In this document: one piece after another, positions 23,151-35,600 of the stretch
Layout: each line of letters starts with the position of its first letter
Numbering within the stretch: position 1 is the first letter of the stretch
Source of the DNA: Halocafeteria seosinensis
Lineage: Eukaryota
NCBI GenBank assembly: GCA_001687465.1
Contig: LVLI01000172.1
Location: 124,001-188,000, forward strand
Length of the DNA stretch: 64,000 bases
Direction of reading: 5' to 3'
Program-made: the position numbers and the translations under genes
The notes under the pieces: generated by a model
The model's database searches: none
The model's input: the letters and a program-made list of their open reading frames with translations, nothing else
Told to the model about the DNA's origin: nothing

Positions 23151-24587
23151 TTATGATTCCTGCTCGTCGGAGTACCGTCGGACAGTGGTGTCATCGTCAT
23201 CTTCATCTTCGTCATCCGGACTTATTCCTAAAGCTTCCAGGTATTCCGCTTCCAGATCATGTGATTCATCTTCCTCATTTTCCTCTTCTTCATTGTCAGT
23301 TCGTTCGGCTTGCCTAGTGTTGTCGCGATTAGCTTGCGGCGAAAAAATAGACACTATACCTGAAAGCGCTGTAAACCATGCGTTAGGGTTTGTGCTAGCA
23401 ACTGCTGTAGTGGTTTCCGTAGTTAGCTGTTGATCGGAAGTGGTACCGGCAAGACTGATTTCAACTGCAGGGCCATTCTCACCACTCTCTACCGAAACGC
23501 CGCTTTGGTCGCGAGGAATGCCACCATCAGTTGCTGGAACGGATAAGCGACGAATGCTTGAATCGTAAAACGGAACTACGCCTGGATGCGTGTGTACGAT
23601 CCCGTGCTCTTGCTCCCCTTGATTCTGTTCTCGCTGCGATCCTTCCGTTGGCTCTTCCCTGACCCGCGCTGCTTTGGAAACATCATCGTAGGCGAGAAGT
23701 TCATTCACGTTAACCGAAAGCAACCAAGTGATAGGGATCACTTCGCCGATGACAAAACACAGTACCAAAATAATGGAAAATGCCCAATTTTCCTTCTCTT
23801 TAACGTCCTGCCATCCATTCAAATACGTGAAGATAGATAAGCCTCCCCAAATCAGTCGTCCCCCCGTCCAAGCAATTGCAACTCGATTGATGCTGACCCA
23901 TCTTCGTTTCGCGTTAGACGACCTGAACGGATAGCCTGAAAAGACGCAAGAGAGAACACCATGCCCTGACAAGAAAATAACCGGGGAACCCACATTCAAC
24001 AAGGAAAGCAGCAGATATACTCCCCGCATTACATCTCTGGAACGGGAGATTCCGGAGAACAGGGCTCCAATGTACAGAGCCACCTGCACCGTATACATCA
24101 ACGTGTTGATTACAAGGTAAGAGATCATCCCCGTCCTTCTGAAAGTATGAGTGGCAAAGGGATGATATCGCGTCAACTGGAACGTCTCTAGCGTAATTAC
24201 CAGCACCAGGAGATACGCCGAAAGAAACGTGTAATCGCCCACGTTGATAAGGATATCAATAGACCGAAGATACAACTGTAGAGACCCCCTGTCGAAATCG
24301 TTCCTCCGATTTAGCAGTATCTCTTCTTCTGCGGTCTCTCGTTCTGTCTCGGACACATCCGTGGAGAAACTGACAATGGACAGCGTCATAAAGGTTAAGA
24401 ATCGTACCACCGAGGACATCATGACACTTGCCATGAGGAGCATTTTCGTGTTCCATTGCGCGGCGGAAGCTTGTCGGACTTTCCTGAACTTGCGAAACGA
24501 AAAAAGGGCGAGCAAAAGCGAAGTTATCCCCAAGAAAAAGGAGACATCCCCGTTGCGCTCAAGCAGTTCCCCTAGAGACTCTGCCAT
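23151..24587 (-). CDS. 7-TM protein, TOM1/THH1/GPR137-like; tandem paralogue B
   Basis: The true start is MAESLGELLERNGDVSFFLGIT at 24587, by alignment with paralogue A (MVESLGVLLERNGDVSFFLGIT); the TM domains are collinear. Confidence 0.75.
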   Translation of the reverse strand: MAESLGELLERNGDVSFFLGITSLLLALFSFRKFRKVRQASAAQWNTKMLLMASVMMSSVVRFLTFMTLSIVSFSTDVSETERETAEEEILLNRRNDFDRGSLQLYLRSIDILINVGDYTFLSAYLLVLVITLETFQLTRYHPFATHTFRRTGMISYLVINTLMYTVQVALYIGALFSGISRSRDVMRGVYLLLSLLNVGSPVIFLSGHGVLSCVFSGYPFRSSNAKRRWVSINRVAIAWTGGRLIWGGLSIFTYLNGWQDVKEKENWAFSIILVLCFVIGEVIPITWLLSVNVNELLAYDDVSKAARVREEPTEGSQREQNQGEQEHGIVHTHPGVVPFYDSSIRRLSVPATDGGIPRDQSGVSVESGENGPAVEISLAGTTSDQQLTTETTTAVASTNPNAWFTALSGIVSIFSPQANRDNTRQAERTDNEEEENEEDESHDLEAEYLEALGISPDDEDEDDDDTTVRRYSDEQES

Positions 24588-25009
24588 TTTCGCCAGTTGA
24601 GTTGCTACTTCAACAAGCGCACATATACACACAAATAAAGGAAGGGGGAGACCTAACCTATCCCTCTGTCTGTGAGACACAATAAAATAAATAAAAAACA
24701 GTAGCCACAATACGAATGAAGAGGCGTATACTGAATGATGACAGGGAACAGAAATGAACATGGGAAACATGTCAAACATTTCGTTCACTTGTTTTTTTTC
24801 TTTGCACGTCATGCATGCTCCTTGTAGAGTGTTATTTTGCCGTGTAGATAGTAGTGAGTGTCTATGTTAGGAGTGGAATGCGTCAAGTTGAGGGAGGGAC
24901 AAGTCATTTGTTTGTAACTTGTCACTCGAGAAGGGACGACACCTCTGCTCCCGGGGGGGTTTAGCTTGATTGAGAACTCTTTTTTTTTGACCCGGATAAG
25001 ACTGATATT

Positions 25010-28000
25010 ATGGGCAACTTTCAGTCCCGAGTCGTTGATGTAGGGGGACGCAAGTGGATCCTCCGTGATATGCTCGGGGAGGGCGGGTATGGGTATGTCT
25101 TCCTGGCGGAAGAATACCAATCTCTCAGCGGCACCTCAGCACGACGAGTAGTGTTAAAGCGGATGAGTATAGACACGGGGAATTCCTTCAATATCTCGTT
25201 AGCACGGAATGAGATAAAAGTATTGAGCACGCTCCCCCCTCACCCGAATATTGTCCGACTCTACTACCACCAGGAGTACCAAGATCAGCGCTCGATCAAC
25301 TTTGATATGGTCATGGAATACTGCAATGAGGGATCTGTTCTGGATAGGATATGGGAAAATGAAAAGCAAGTACAGAACGGAGCCTCCCGAGACCGCAATT
25401 ACTTGTTGGATCCTTCGCTCATCGTTAAGATAGTGTACGATGTTTGTCACGCCCTTAGATTTCTACACACTCGGGATCCTCCCATTGCGCACAGAGATCT
25501 TAAGGTCGAGAACATGCTACTTCAAGGGTCATCAACCGACCCTTTGGTTTGTAAATTGTGTGACTTTGGAAGCTGCTCCTCATGGAAAGGACTTCCATCC
25601 TCCTCTTCAGAACTACAGCATCTGGAGGATGTATTCGAAAGGACAACCACTCTCCATTACAGACCACCCGAGATGGTAGACTTGCATAGCCATATGCCCA
25701 TCGGAACGGCTGTCGATGTATGGTCCCTAGGATGTGCTATTTTCAAAATGATGTATGGACGCACTCCTTTCGAGGATCCTTATGGTAATGCCCAGAAAAT
25801 GGCTATAATGAATCGTAAGATTCAATACCCTGGGTGCTATAGCAATAGCACCCTTAGTGGTGGCACTGGAGGCACTTCGGACGTGGGGAATCGTTTGAAC
25901 CGACTCGTAGAATATTGCCTGAATTCAGACCCTGCGAAACGGCCTACTGTCGAGGATCTAATGTCGAACATGGCCAATTGGTTCCCCGAGCACTGGCCAC
26001 AAAATAGATTTGAGCAATTGAGTCGTGATGTTCCGAGTTCCTTTGAGAGCTCGGCCCCGGTTACTTCACCCCGCCGCACAAGTAGAAGTGGAAGTGCCAG
26101 TTCCATGAGCTCACGAAGTGGGCGCCGATCTCGTACGGCGGGCACGGCGATGTTAGAGGCCGTGCAAACCAAAATTATGCAAATGATGGGCGGGGATAAC
26201 GAGAAACGGAGATGGTTAATCAAGGCCACGTCTGGATCAACACCGGGGGCACCAAAACTGAAATACGTACGTCGTATCGTTATAGACATGTTCGAGAACG
26301 ACAATAGTGGGCAGTATTATAACAATATGAAGAAATTGCCTCTAACGTCTCAACCTGTGGTCGCTTCAAAGACTTGCGCTTTGCTGTTAAGGCTATGGCA
26401 ACAAGGTCCAACTTCGGCACTCAGTAACAGCAGTGATATACAAGACTGTCTTCAGAGAGTAAAGGATTCATGGGATATAAATGTTCGAAAGGAGAGTTCA
26501 GGAGCAGGCACAGTCCCCGTGTTTTCTTCCTATATCCATGGCTTCTCCAGTTTACTACTGCAGAAATTGTCCTTTCATCTTCAGTATCCAGAGTTGTCGG
26601 CGCTATACGGTTATATCCCAGGAGCATCCAATGATACCTTGCACATGAAGATATCCTTCAAGGAGAACGTCATAGACGTTGATACAAGGTTGCCTGAACG
26701 AATGGTTCATGTCAACATTGTCTCAACGCTATTGTCTCTTTTGGGAACTGCCGTGGGATTTGTGCATCAGATCTGTTCTACTATTGATCCGGCTGTGAGT
26801 CAGCTAAGTACATTTGCTGCGAGTGGAGTGTTACCCAACGGAGGCCGGATGTCGAACAGATGGCCGGTCGGTTCTGTGGAATCCTGCGCCTTTGGTGCAA
26901 TACAGCCGCTTCTTCGCGAAACGTGGAACATTTATAGGACGTGCTTGTCATTGCTTTTAAGTCTGCGACAGCTAGCGGGAAACAGCAGCTCGAATGCTGC
27001 TGCGCCTAACCAAAATTTGACTCTGAGCCTCTGTACTCAGTTGGATTCTTACCTTGAAAGTTTGCGGCATTGCCATCGATGTGTAGAAAAAGCGATACAA
27101 GTGGGGGCACATCCTTCGCTGGATGCATTGGATGGTCTCATGTCTCTTCCGTCGGCGTCTCCCTTTGAAGACCCAGGGGCTGCCATATCCTTGTTGGCCT
27201 CACACTCGGGTAATTCAGACTATAGTGGTACCGCAGCTTATGCGAGTGGAAACGTATACAGTGACCATCGCAGGGAGGGATCTGGCGGCAATACATCTCG
27301 TCCAAGCGAAGAAGGTATTCCAGGTGTCGACATGTCAAAAATCGAAGAATTTGAGGCTGAAGATGATAAAAGTGATGAGGAGGCGGCAGATAATGAGGCT
27401 GGTGCTATGCATGAAGCCCTAAGCGACATACAACCGACAACTTCCGGAAGTTTTCAGTGGCAGATGCTGCCGGCGAAGACCCTTAAGACAGACAAGACTT
27501 GCGAAGAAATGCTACATACTCTGGAATCATCCGAAGATGTCACATCTGTGGTGGAGAGCATCCACAGTCTGCAAGGCAATAATCGCTGTAGTGAATGTGG
27601 CGCACATCGTCCCAAATGGATGAGTGTTAATTTGGGTATTCTCTTATGCTTGCAATGCTCAGGAGCGCACCGCCAAGTGGGCGTACACATATCTCAAGTG
27701 CGTAGTCTGACTTTAGATAAACCGAGAAAGGATTGGATTAAGCGGGTTCTCCAAATTGGGAACATCCGCTCTAACGGGTTCTGGGAAGCAGCAATCAATG
27801 CGCAGAAGCAGCTACTCAAAAAACGAATCCCCAGTCCTACATCTTTGGATACCATGATATCGAACTGTACACCTAAGCCGAATGCTAATAGTTCTATGCA
27901 GACTAGGATCGACTACGTGACTGATAAGTATGTACATGGAAAGCTAACTGCACCTACTGCCGATCCGGCCAAGGACGCTCCGCATGTCAGAGTAACGTCG

Positions 28001-29461
28001 GGAAAGCCTGTAGTCAAGTATTTGTTGAAGCCTCTCTCAAAAAAGTCTACCAACGAGTTTGAACAGAGTATAGCGGATAATGGGCGGAATATAGCCAACA
28101 AAGAACCCGAGAATTCGGTTTCAACGGGTCAGCCATTTACAGCGGCCACAACTGATGATGATGACATTTTTGTGAGCCAGCGCACGACTGAGGACAATGT
28201 TGCCTGGAATGGCGATATCTTAGAAGCTGATGATTGGAATCACACCGACTCACCCGCAGACACTAATCATCCAAATGATAATACCGAAAACAGCCCGGCA
28301 ATGGATGGATTTGAAGACGATGGTGATATTTTCCAAGGAAGTCAAGTGGACTTGCTGTCACAGAGGGATCAACGACAAAATCAGAATGAAGGAATGATAG
28401 TACATCCACTGTATGACAATGGTTCCGGTGGTGCCTTAGCATGTCGTGATGCGCGCATTACACAGAGCGGGAGCAGTGATCACCATTTCCACACGGCAAC
28501 GGAGGCTCACCTCTCAGATACTTCAGGTTTCGAGCAGTCCAATAATATGCATGCCCCTGTTGCTGCTGCTGCTGCCTCAACTACTGGTGTCGCTGAAAAA
28601 GATGCAAAGAAGGATAGTCTCAGCAAGGGTCTGCAGTTGCTGTGGACCAGCGATGTAGAGGTATCGTACTCTGAGATCACCCTCTTTGAAAAAATTGGAA
28701 CAGGTGGGTTTGCCGAAGTATTCCGAGGGGAATATAGAGGGACCAACGTCGCGGTGAAGAGATTGCTAACTAAGCCAGGAAGCGATTCGGAAAAGGCAAT
28801 TCAAGATTTCAAAGCGGAAGTAGGGTTTATGACTCGACTGAGGCATCCTAATATCGTTCTATTTATGGGATTGGTTCCACGGCCGCTGTGCTTAATCACC
28901 GAATATTGTTCACGAGGCAATTTGTTTGACCTATTACATAATTCTTCTGTCCCACTTTCGTGGAAGTTGCGCAAGCAAATGGCACTAGATGCTGCAAGGG
29001 GTATGAATTTCTTGCATACTTCTAGCCCAGTGATAATACATAGAGACTTGAAGTCCCTGAATCTTCTTGTCGATGATCGCTGGACAGTGAAGGTATCGGA
29101 TTTTGGTCTTTCCAGATTTAAGGGGAACTCGTCCTCCAGTCTGTATACCGCTCAATGTGGAACATTCCACTGGATGGCCCCGGAGGTAATAGCTGGACAT
29201 CGATATACAGAGCGAGCGGATGTCTTTTCATTCGGCGTTAACCTCTGGGAACTGCTCACTCGCGATACACCGTATAAGGACATGCAACCTATGCAGGTCG
29301 GCCTGGCAGTGCTAAATCGGGGACTTCGGCCGCAAGTTCCTGAGGATACCCCAGAGGACTATGCCGCCCTCATGAGAGCATGTTGGAACGCGGATCCCAT
29401 GAAACGTCCTTCGTTTGCCCAAATAATTCGTGCCCTCCAGTCGATGCTACGGGAGAGTTAG
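25010..29461 (+). CDS. Dual-kinase protein: NAK-family kinase + ANTH + ArfGAP + TKL (Raf/CTR1-like) kinase
   Basis: Intronless 1483-aa ORF. Kinase 1: GEGGYG, HRDLKVEN, CDFGS, TTLHYRPPEM (NAK signature). ANTH: LIKATS...PKLKY...VVASKTCALLLRLWQQGP...KLSFHLQYP. ArfGAP: CSEC-x16-CLQC-x4-R. Kinase 2: GTGGFAEV, HRDLKSLN, DFGLSR, GTFHWMAPE. Confidence 0.92.
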   Translation: MGNFQSRVVDVGGRKWILRDMLGEGGYGYVFLAEEYQSLSGTSARRVVLKRMSIDTGNSFNISLARNEIKVLSTLPPHPNIVRLYYHQEYQDQRSINFDMVMEYCNEGSVLDRIWENEKQVQNGASRDRNYLLDPSLIVKIVYDVCHALRFLHTRDPPIAHRDLKVENMLLQGSSTDPLVCKLCDFGSCSSWKGLPSSSSELQHLEDVFERTTTLHYRPPEMVDLHSHMPIGTAVDVWSLGCAIFKMMYGRTPFEDPYGNAQKMAIMNRKIQYPGCYSNSTLSGGTGGTSDVGNRLNRLVEYCLNSDPAKRPTVEDLMSNMANWFPEHWPQNRFEQLSRDVPSSFESSAPVTSPRRTSRSGSASSMSSRSGRRSRTAGTAMLEAVQTKIMQMMGGDNEKRRWLIKATSGSTPGAPKLKYVRRIVIDMFENDNSGQYYNNMKKLPLTSQPVVASKTCALLLRLWQQGPTSALSNSSDIQDCLQRVKDSWDINVRKESSGAGTVPVFSSYIHGFSSLLLQKLSFHLQYPELSALYGYIPGASNDTLHMKISFKENVIDVDTRLPERMVHVNIVSTLLSLLGTAVGFVHQICSTIDPAVSQLSTFAASGVLPNGGRMSNRWPVGSVESCAFGAIQPLLRETWNIYRTCLSLLLSLRQLAGNSSSNAAAPNQNLTLSLCTQLDSYLESLRHCHRCVEKAIQVGAHPSLDALDGLMSLPSASPFEDPGAAISLLASHSGNSDYSGTAAYASGNVYSDHRREGSGGNTSRPSEEGIPGVDMSKIEEFEAEDDKSDEEAADNEAGAMHEALSDIQPTTSGSFQWQMLPAKTLKTDKTCEEMLHTLESSEDVTSVVESIHSLQGNNRCSECGAHRPKWMSVNLGILLCLQCSGAHRQVGVHISQVRSLTLDKPRKDWIKRVLQIGNIRSNGFWEAAINAQKQLLKKRIPSPTSLDTMISNCTPKPNANSSMQTRIDYVTDKYVHGKLTAPTADPAKDAPHVRVTSGKPVVKYLLKPLSKKSTNEFEQSIADNGRNIANKEPENSVSTGQPFTAATTDDDDIFVSQRTTEDNVAWNGDILEADDWNHTDSPADTNHPNDNTENSPAMDGFEDDGDIFQGSQVDLLSQRDQRQNQNEGMIVHPLYDNGSGGALACRDARITQSGSSDHHFHTATEAHLSDTSGFEQSNNMHAPVAAAAASTTGVAEKDAKKDSLSKGLQLLWTSDVEVSYSEITLFEKIGTGGFAEVFRGEYRGTNVAVKRLLTKPGSDSEKAIQDFKAEVGFMTRLRHPNIVLFMGLVPRPLCLITEYCSRGNLFDLLHNSSVPLSWKLRKQMALDAARGMNFLHTSSPVIIHRDLKSLNLLVDDRWTVKVSDFGLSRFKGNSSSSLYTAQCGTFHWMAPEVIAGHRYTERADVFSFGVNLWELLTRDTPYKDMQPMQVGLAVLNRGLRPQVPEDTPEDYAALMRACWNADPMKRPSFAQIIRALQSMLRES

Positions 29462-29622
29462 TACACAAATACCAGCCCTTGACTGAGTCGGAAAATGTGA
29501 GCTACAGATAAAAGAGAATTGGGCGTATAATTAGTCTGAAGTTGTGTGCTACTTCGAAGATTTGAACATGGCCGCTTACACGGTTTAATGATTTTGGGTT
29601 CATCCCAAAATAGGGATACGGA

Positions 29623-32600
29623 TCATGTGTGCAACGCGAGTCCTCGTCCAACCTCTACCTCTTGTCCACTTAGTGTTACGATACATTGAGCGGCACGAGC
29701 GCCGACGCTCGTGGCCGTTCCACCGTAATCTCTTTTGATCCTCTGCAAAACATGCAGGACTTTCTCTTGGGCCATGGTACTCCAAAGCAGACTCTGTGAA
29801 GCATCGGATCCGTCATTCTCTTGAATGATATGTCTTGCCACTTCGCACGCGCATTCTGCGACAACGATAAGTAGCTCTGTTGCATCTTCTTTCTCGCATC
29901 CACGGGACTCCGTGTCGCTAATCAAGACATCAAGTGCTCTCTCGGTGGCACATATGCGCTCACAATTTGGTTGACAATACACACACAAGGATACTAATGC
30001 AGAGTACAAAACAGATTTCGCCTCCGACAGCGCAGATTCGCCATCCTGCTCGTCCTCCGCAGGTTGATGCAGTCCACTTTCTGAGCCAGATCCAGTGCTT
30101 GTAGTGTCAGCGGTTTCGGAATTCTCTCCTTCAGCAGTGGCAGTGATTGCAATGAATAACAGGATGTCTACTATAGCACTTTTGGATGCATATCTCTGCA
30201 GTGTTACTATAGCACCACTTGCAAGATTGGCAATCACATTAGCAGCATAGAGAATAATTGACACAGGAATGGGTGCAATCACTACTCGAACTAACGGACC
30301 GAGACCACCCAACCAATTGGATTGCTGAATGAGCCAGTGCTTTACTCCTGGAGCGTCGAACAAAATTCCATTCAAAACAGGTAAGCATTTGCTTAGCCAT
30401 TGGATCATTTGCTCATTTTCCGAAAGGTTTTGAATAGCTCCGGTGCTATACGCGGAGAGACTAATGTCTGGGAACTCTTGGAGGAAACGATCGACACACT
30501 CCGCAGGTAAGGTCTCGCGGGGATCCACAAGACTACAACAGGTGTGGACCATACTTAAGAGACCTTGAAGGGCGAAAATTCCACAATGTTGAAGCGTCAG
30601 AAATACTCGCTTGGACAAAAGGTCCTCATCTGCATCGTTAATAAGAGTCAGTAGCACTGGAAGACCCCCACAACTAGCCAGAGCTTCCGCATTCGGAGAA
30701 CAGTCTCGGACCAAATTCCCGAGGGCCAGCACAATCGCTTCAATCAGTTGTGAAATCAAATCAACTGTATTATAGCTGCCAATCGTTCCCATTACAAATT
30801 GGAATTCGGCGGCATTATTCTTCACCAGGTCAAAGTTGCCACCGGCTTCCTGCCATTTTTGGTAGGATACTATCAGACTGTGCAACATCGATATCAACAG
30901 ATGAATAACACCAGCTTGTCCCGCAACAAGTTGACTGTGTGAATTGCGATACGTTTGATTCACTATTGCTGAGACTGCAGCTAGATATCTTTGTAAAGCG
31001 GCGATGTCCATGACTAGGAGAGCAGGGCCCGCTGATGGTGCAATATTGAACTCTTTGATGAACCGTTGGACGAGATGGCTGGTTCTGGTAGCAGATTTTT
31101 CCAGCGTGGAGTGGGTGGATAACGGTGCGAGAGTCCTAGGTGAGGTTGTGGTTTGACTAGCGTTCGTTCCGTCAGAGTAATCGCTAGGAGGGACCACTTT
31201 CTCTTCCACTTCGGGAATGTCTAATGCTGACTTCGTATAAGCCGCGAGTCCGCTGTCCGTAGCCGGTCGTTCAGTGCACTCTTTCAAGGATTTATCATCA
31301 GGGTAAATGTCAGATCGAGACCATTGCTGCAGCGGCTCCATCGCCCGCTGACATGTCTTCACCAACCATTGGGGTATCAGAGCGTCGGCGGCAGTGTCTG
31401 AACCGGTAGTATCTACGCTGTCCTGTACAACTTCAAGAATAAAACGGACAATTCCGGGAAGCATTGCTCCGGTACTTTCCTGTAAAGAGGTGTGGTTGAG
31501 AGTCAGGTGACTAATTATCCAGCAAACATGTGTTCGTGAATCCAAGGAAGCGGTCTCTCGAGGAGACTCTTTGTCGGAGGAAAGCATATTCTGAAACAGC
31601 TTAATCGTCGCTGGTGTATTAAGAACAGCTTGCGAGATTTGATTCTGATCAATGAGATTTGTGATTATGGATAGAATACCGTTAGTCGCATCTTCTCCCC
31701 ACATACTCAATACAGCCAAGCTCCTGTCCCTGGAAGTGTCCTCGGTTCTGGCCACGGCACTTCGGTGTGGTCTTGCAGGCCGATTGTAAGAATGACGGCT
31801 GGTACTCTCGCTGCGAAATTGAGCTTCGCTCAAGTTCCTCGACGATGCGACAATTTCAGGGTCCGTGGAATCCGGGGGCAAGCAGCAGCCATGAGCCTGA
31901 TTTCTCAGTACTAATTTTAACATCGCATTCAGTTCTTCGTCTGAAATCAAATGAGTCCCGTCCTTACGAGTCTCGTGTACGAAAGAAAGATCATAGCACA
32001 GGTTAGCCCAGTTATCCCGTGAAAGCTCGTCAATATGCTCAAGCAGCGTTAAGTCCGGGTTCGACGACCTCCTGAATGCTTGCTTAACAGACCTCCGACC
32101 CTGCTGGTAACGTGTATGAAGCCATCGTCCAGCAAGCAATCTCAGTATCAGCCGTAGTCCACCATCAAGAATGAACTGGAGTTGATTTTCCGGATGTTTG
32201 AACACCAAGTTGGTCAATGCCGTCGTCGCGTTCGCCATTAATTTTGCGGTTTCAATGTCCTCGCGATCCCACGAAAAAAGCGTGCTTTTAGACGGTTCAG
32301 CGTTCACGTCATCTGTGTCAGAGGATGACATATCCAACTCATCCTCTTCAGATGCTGAATCGCTTTCAGAAAGAAGTAGGAAGCCCCGGCGCAGAGTGTG
32401 CTTTTCTTTTCCCCTTTGCCGCGGGTGAACAGTAGCCCGAGCATCCTTTTCCATGTTCTCTTGGGAAAGCCGGTGCCGTGACCTCGATATAGGAGCCGAA
32501 CATGGCCGAGAGGAGGTACCTCCCGCCGTTGCTTCGTTGGATTTGTACTGGAGATTCTCGGTAGTGCGTGACTGATGTCGTTTCGACTTCGAGAGAGGTG

Positions 32601-35600
32601 GTAGCAGGTTTCTCCCTCCGTTGTGAGGAGGTACGCTTTTTACAGGCTGTCGTGCAGAATCAACACGAGTTACATTTTTGGAACTTGTTTTCTTCTCCGC
32701 ACCCTTGTTTGTTTTGTACTTCGCCATCTGAGCACGAATGCGCTTTTTAACAGCCCACATTCGCCTAGACGCCCTCATCAATATGCGAACAAGCAAGGAA
32801 ATAGCTCCTTTTGTACCCCAGTACGTTTGCATATCTTGGTCTCCTCTGACAGCTTGGCTGAGGACGTCCACTGCTGCTGTGGCTACTCTGGCGGGTGTTT
32901 CTTTATTAGGCCAGTCATGCAAGGTCTTTAACACTAAAGATAATAATCCCGATCGAGTTGACAATCTTTGTATCTTATTTCCTCGCAATGTTTCCCACTG
33001 CCCATCTCGCATAAACGACGCAGGCTCAAATGCTTGACCAAATATGCCTAAATTCGCTTGAATAAATCCACTCTCGCTTGCAGAACTGAATCGGAACATG
33101 GATTCGATTACCTTTAAGGCTGCTCCCCGAATGTTGGCATCGTAGTCATGCAAGCAACCGGATAGCGCGCTGAAACCGCCAGCTTGCGCAAATCGCCTAT
33201 GGGTCAATGCTGTCAGCCAAATGTCTGCGTTTGGCTCGCGTTTGCACTGACATGGATTACAAGACAGCAGAGCGAGCAGCACGTGACACGCGCGTTCCAT
33301 GACAGCTTCATCAATGTTTTGCAATGAGTGAGTAAGAATACGCACTCCAGTTGACCCAAACGAGCAGAAAACAATGTATTTTGCCAATGAGCGATGGTGT
33401 GAATGTCCGATCAAGCGAGACAGATCATTAAGACTCTCGACCACTATGGATTCGTCATAGTGCGACTTCCGCATGGAGTATATGCACTTAAGAACCCGGG
33501 AGCACAGATGTAGCACTTCCACGATTTCGTACCGAAGTGGCCGAACATCCGCGTGCGGGCTTGAATCCGAACTCCCCTCAATCTGTGGGGTCGTCAAGAG
33601 TTCCAATACCGTGATACCTTCTCCATCTTCTCGAGAATGACGTAAAAAATTTGATTCCAAAGTGACACGGATTTCCGAACAGCGGAATTGCAACGCAGTA
33701 AGCATATAGATTAAAGAATACCGGCATTGAATAAGCAACACAGAGCACTGGCAGGCACACGAAGATGGGTCCACCATAACCATTAGGGGTACAAGGTCGA
33801 GTAGACAACACAACACTTGACTGCCATCATGCGTACTTTCGGCCTCTCCTGAGTCATACTCACCAGGATCAGGTACTTCATCCTGCAACGCTGCTGGCTC
33901 GTCGAAATTGCCATCACAGCTATGGCTATCGATACTGATAAAGCCTTTCAGAGCAATATACTGCTGAAGCTGAGGTGAATTTTCGACCATCGCTGCAAGG
34001 CACTGGATAGCAGAGCTGGAGCAGGGATGCATTGAGAACTGTTCCATTGTTTCCACACCAGCTCCTACTGCAGGTTGTGCCAGCACAGATGGTTGGCTCC
34101 AAAAGTATCCAAGTAGCATTCCGACAATTTCTAGCACCTTTCTTAACATGCCATCTCTAAAGAGGCGCTGCTTGATGGTTGGGCATAGCCCTATTATGCG
34201 GGTGAGTAGCTGTGCACTACCATTAAACGCACAGCAAACCTGCAACTGATGCTCTCCCGGAGTTATATGGTCATTATCCTTCTCCCCTGATGAAAGACCT
34301 CCATTCCGAAACGAGTACCAAGACATTGAATGAAGCCAGGAAACTACCAGGTTGACGTGATCGAAAATCCAGATTGCGGAATGCTGGCCTTGATAATCCG
34401 AAAGTTCCTGGAATGAGCTGACCGAACTATTCAAGAATTCCGGATACGATGAAATAAGCACTAAGGACTGGACCAACACTGCGACAACAAAACACCAGCA
34501 TTTTTCGCCGCTCCTAACCCACAAACAAGCAAAGCAAAGACGTACATGATATAATGTTATTCTCCGTGAACTGGTTAAGGGGAGGTTCATCGGCCACAAG
34601 AACCAAGTTTAATAGCGCGAACGATGTCGACAATATTCCCAGCTTGTGGATATCCAGTCCGCCCATTGCTTTCCGTATAAGCTCTGCAATTGAGGGAACT
34701 TTCACGAGCAGCCGAAGCGTGGCAGAAGTATCCACCTCCCCTGCCTCATTCGCAACCGCTGAAGCAAGCAGCACCTGTTTTGACAATTACACAGAACATG
34801 ATGAGAGTTCATCAAGGCGTAAATGACATGAAAACACTGTGGTAGCAGCACTCACCAGAGTTCGAAGTGCCGTTTGAGCTAGCTCGTCTCCTTCCTGAGA
34901 CTGACCAAACGCCTCCAGTAGCTTATATAATATGTCTATGGCCTTTGTCTCATGCACCAACGCATTGACAAGATCCATACTGTTTGAAGCAGACAAGCAG
35001 GATTTGCACGCTTTCCAAAGATCAAATAGACCTTCCTTGAGTTGAACTAGTTGCATTTCCGCATTCGTCGCCGGTGCTTCCTTACCGTGCTCCACATCGA
35101 TCTCTCCATTCGCACTCCCTGATGCATCTGTTGAAGTGTTAGTACCTACGTTTCGTGTGGATGATACTGGGGGGCGGGCGGCGCCCCGATCTGTAAACAT
35201 GGTGTATACGTTCTCCCAACATAGTTCTAGATCCCTGCCAACGTTGGCCACTGTTTCGACGGTAACGTCATCATCCCATTCATCATCCACTCCAGCTTCC
35301 CCTTCTTTAGATACGTTTTGACCAACATCGTTGATTCCTGCATGCCCATTGACCTGGTAAGAAGCACCGCTTTCATTCAAGTTCCGTTGATAGTGACGTT
35401 TATTGGCAGAAGAAGCATTAGGTTCCTGCACCGTCACATTCTCGTTACTTCCGGTGTCGCTTCCATTGCTGCTGTGGGTGCTCATGTGCGCTTGTGTCTG
35501 TGTCGAAGGCTGAGTCCGTCTTCTACGGACAGACGTCGTCGCATCCCCACCATCATTTCGTCCACGTCTTCCACTTTTCCCAGTGGGCGGCCGTGGGGGC

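Noticed and set aside
24588..24812. N-terminal extension of 7-TM paralogue B in the ORF track
   Set aside because: Paralogue A starts at the equivalent of 24587; the extension is low-complexity promoter or UTR sequence.
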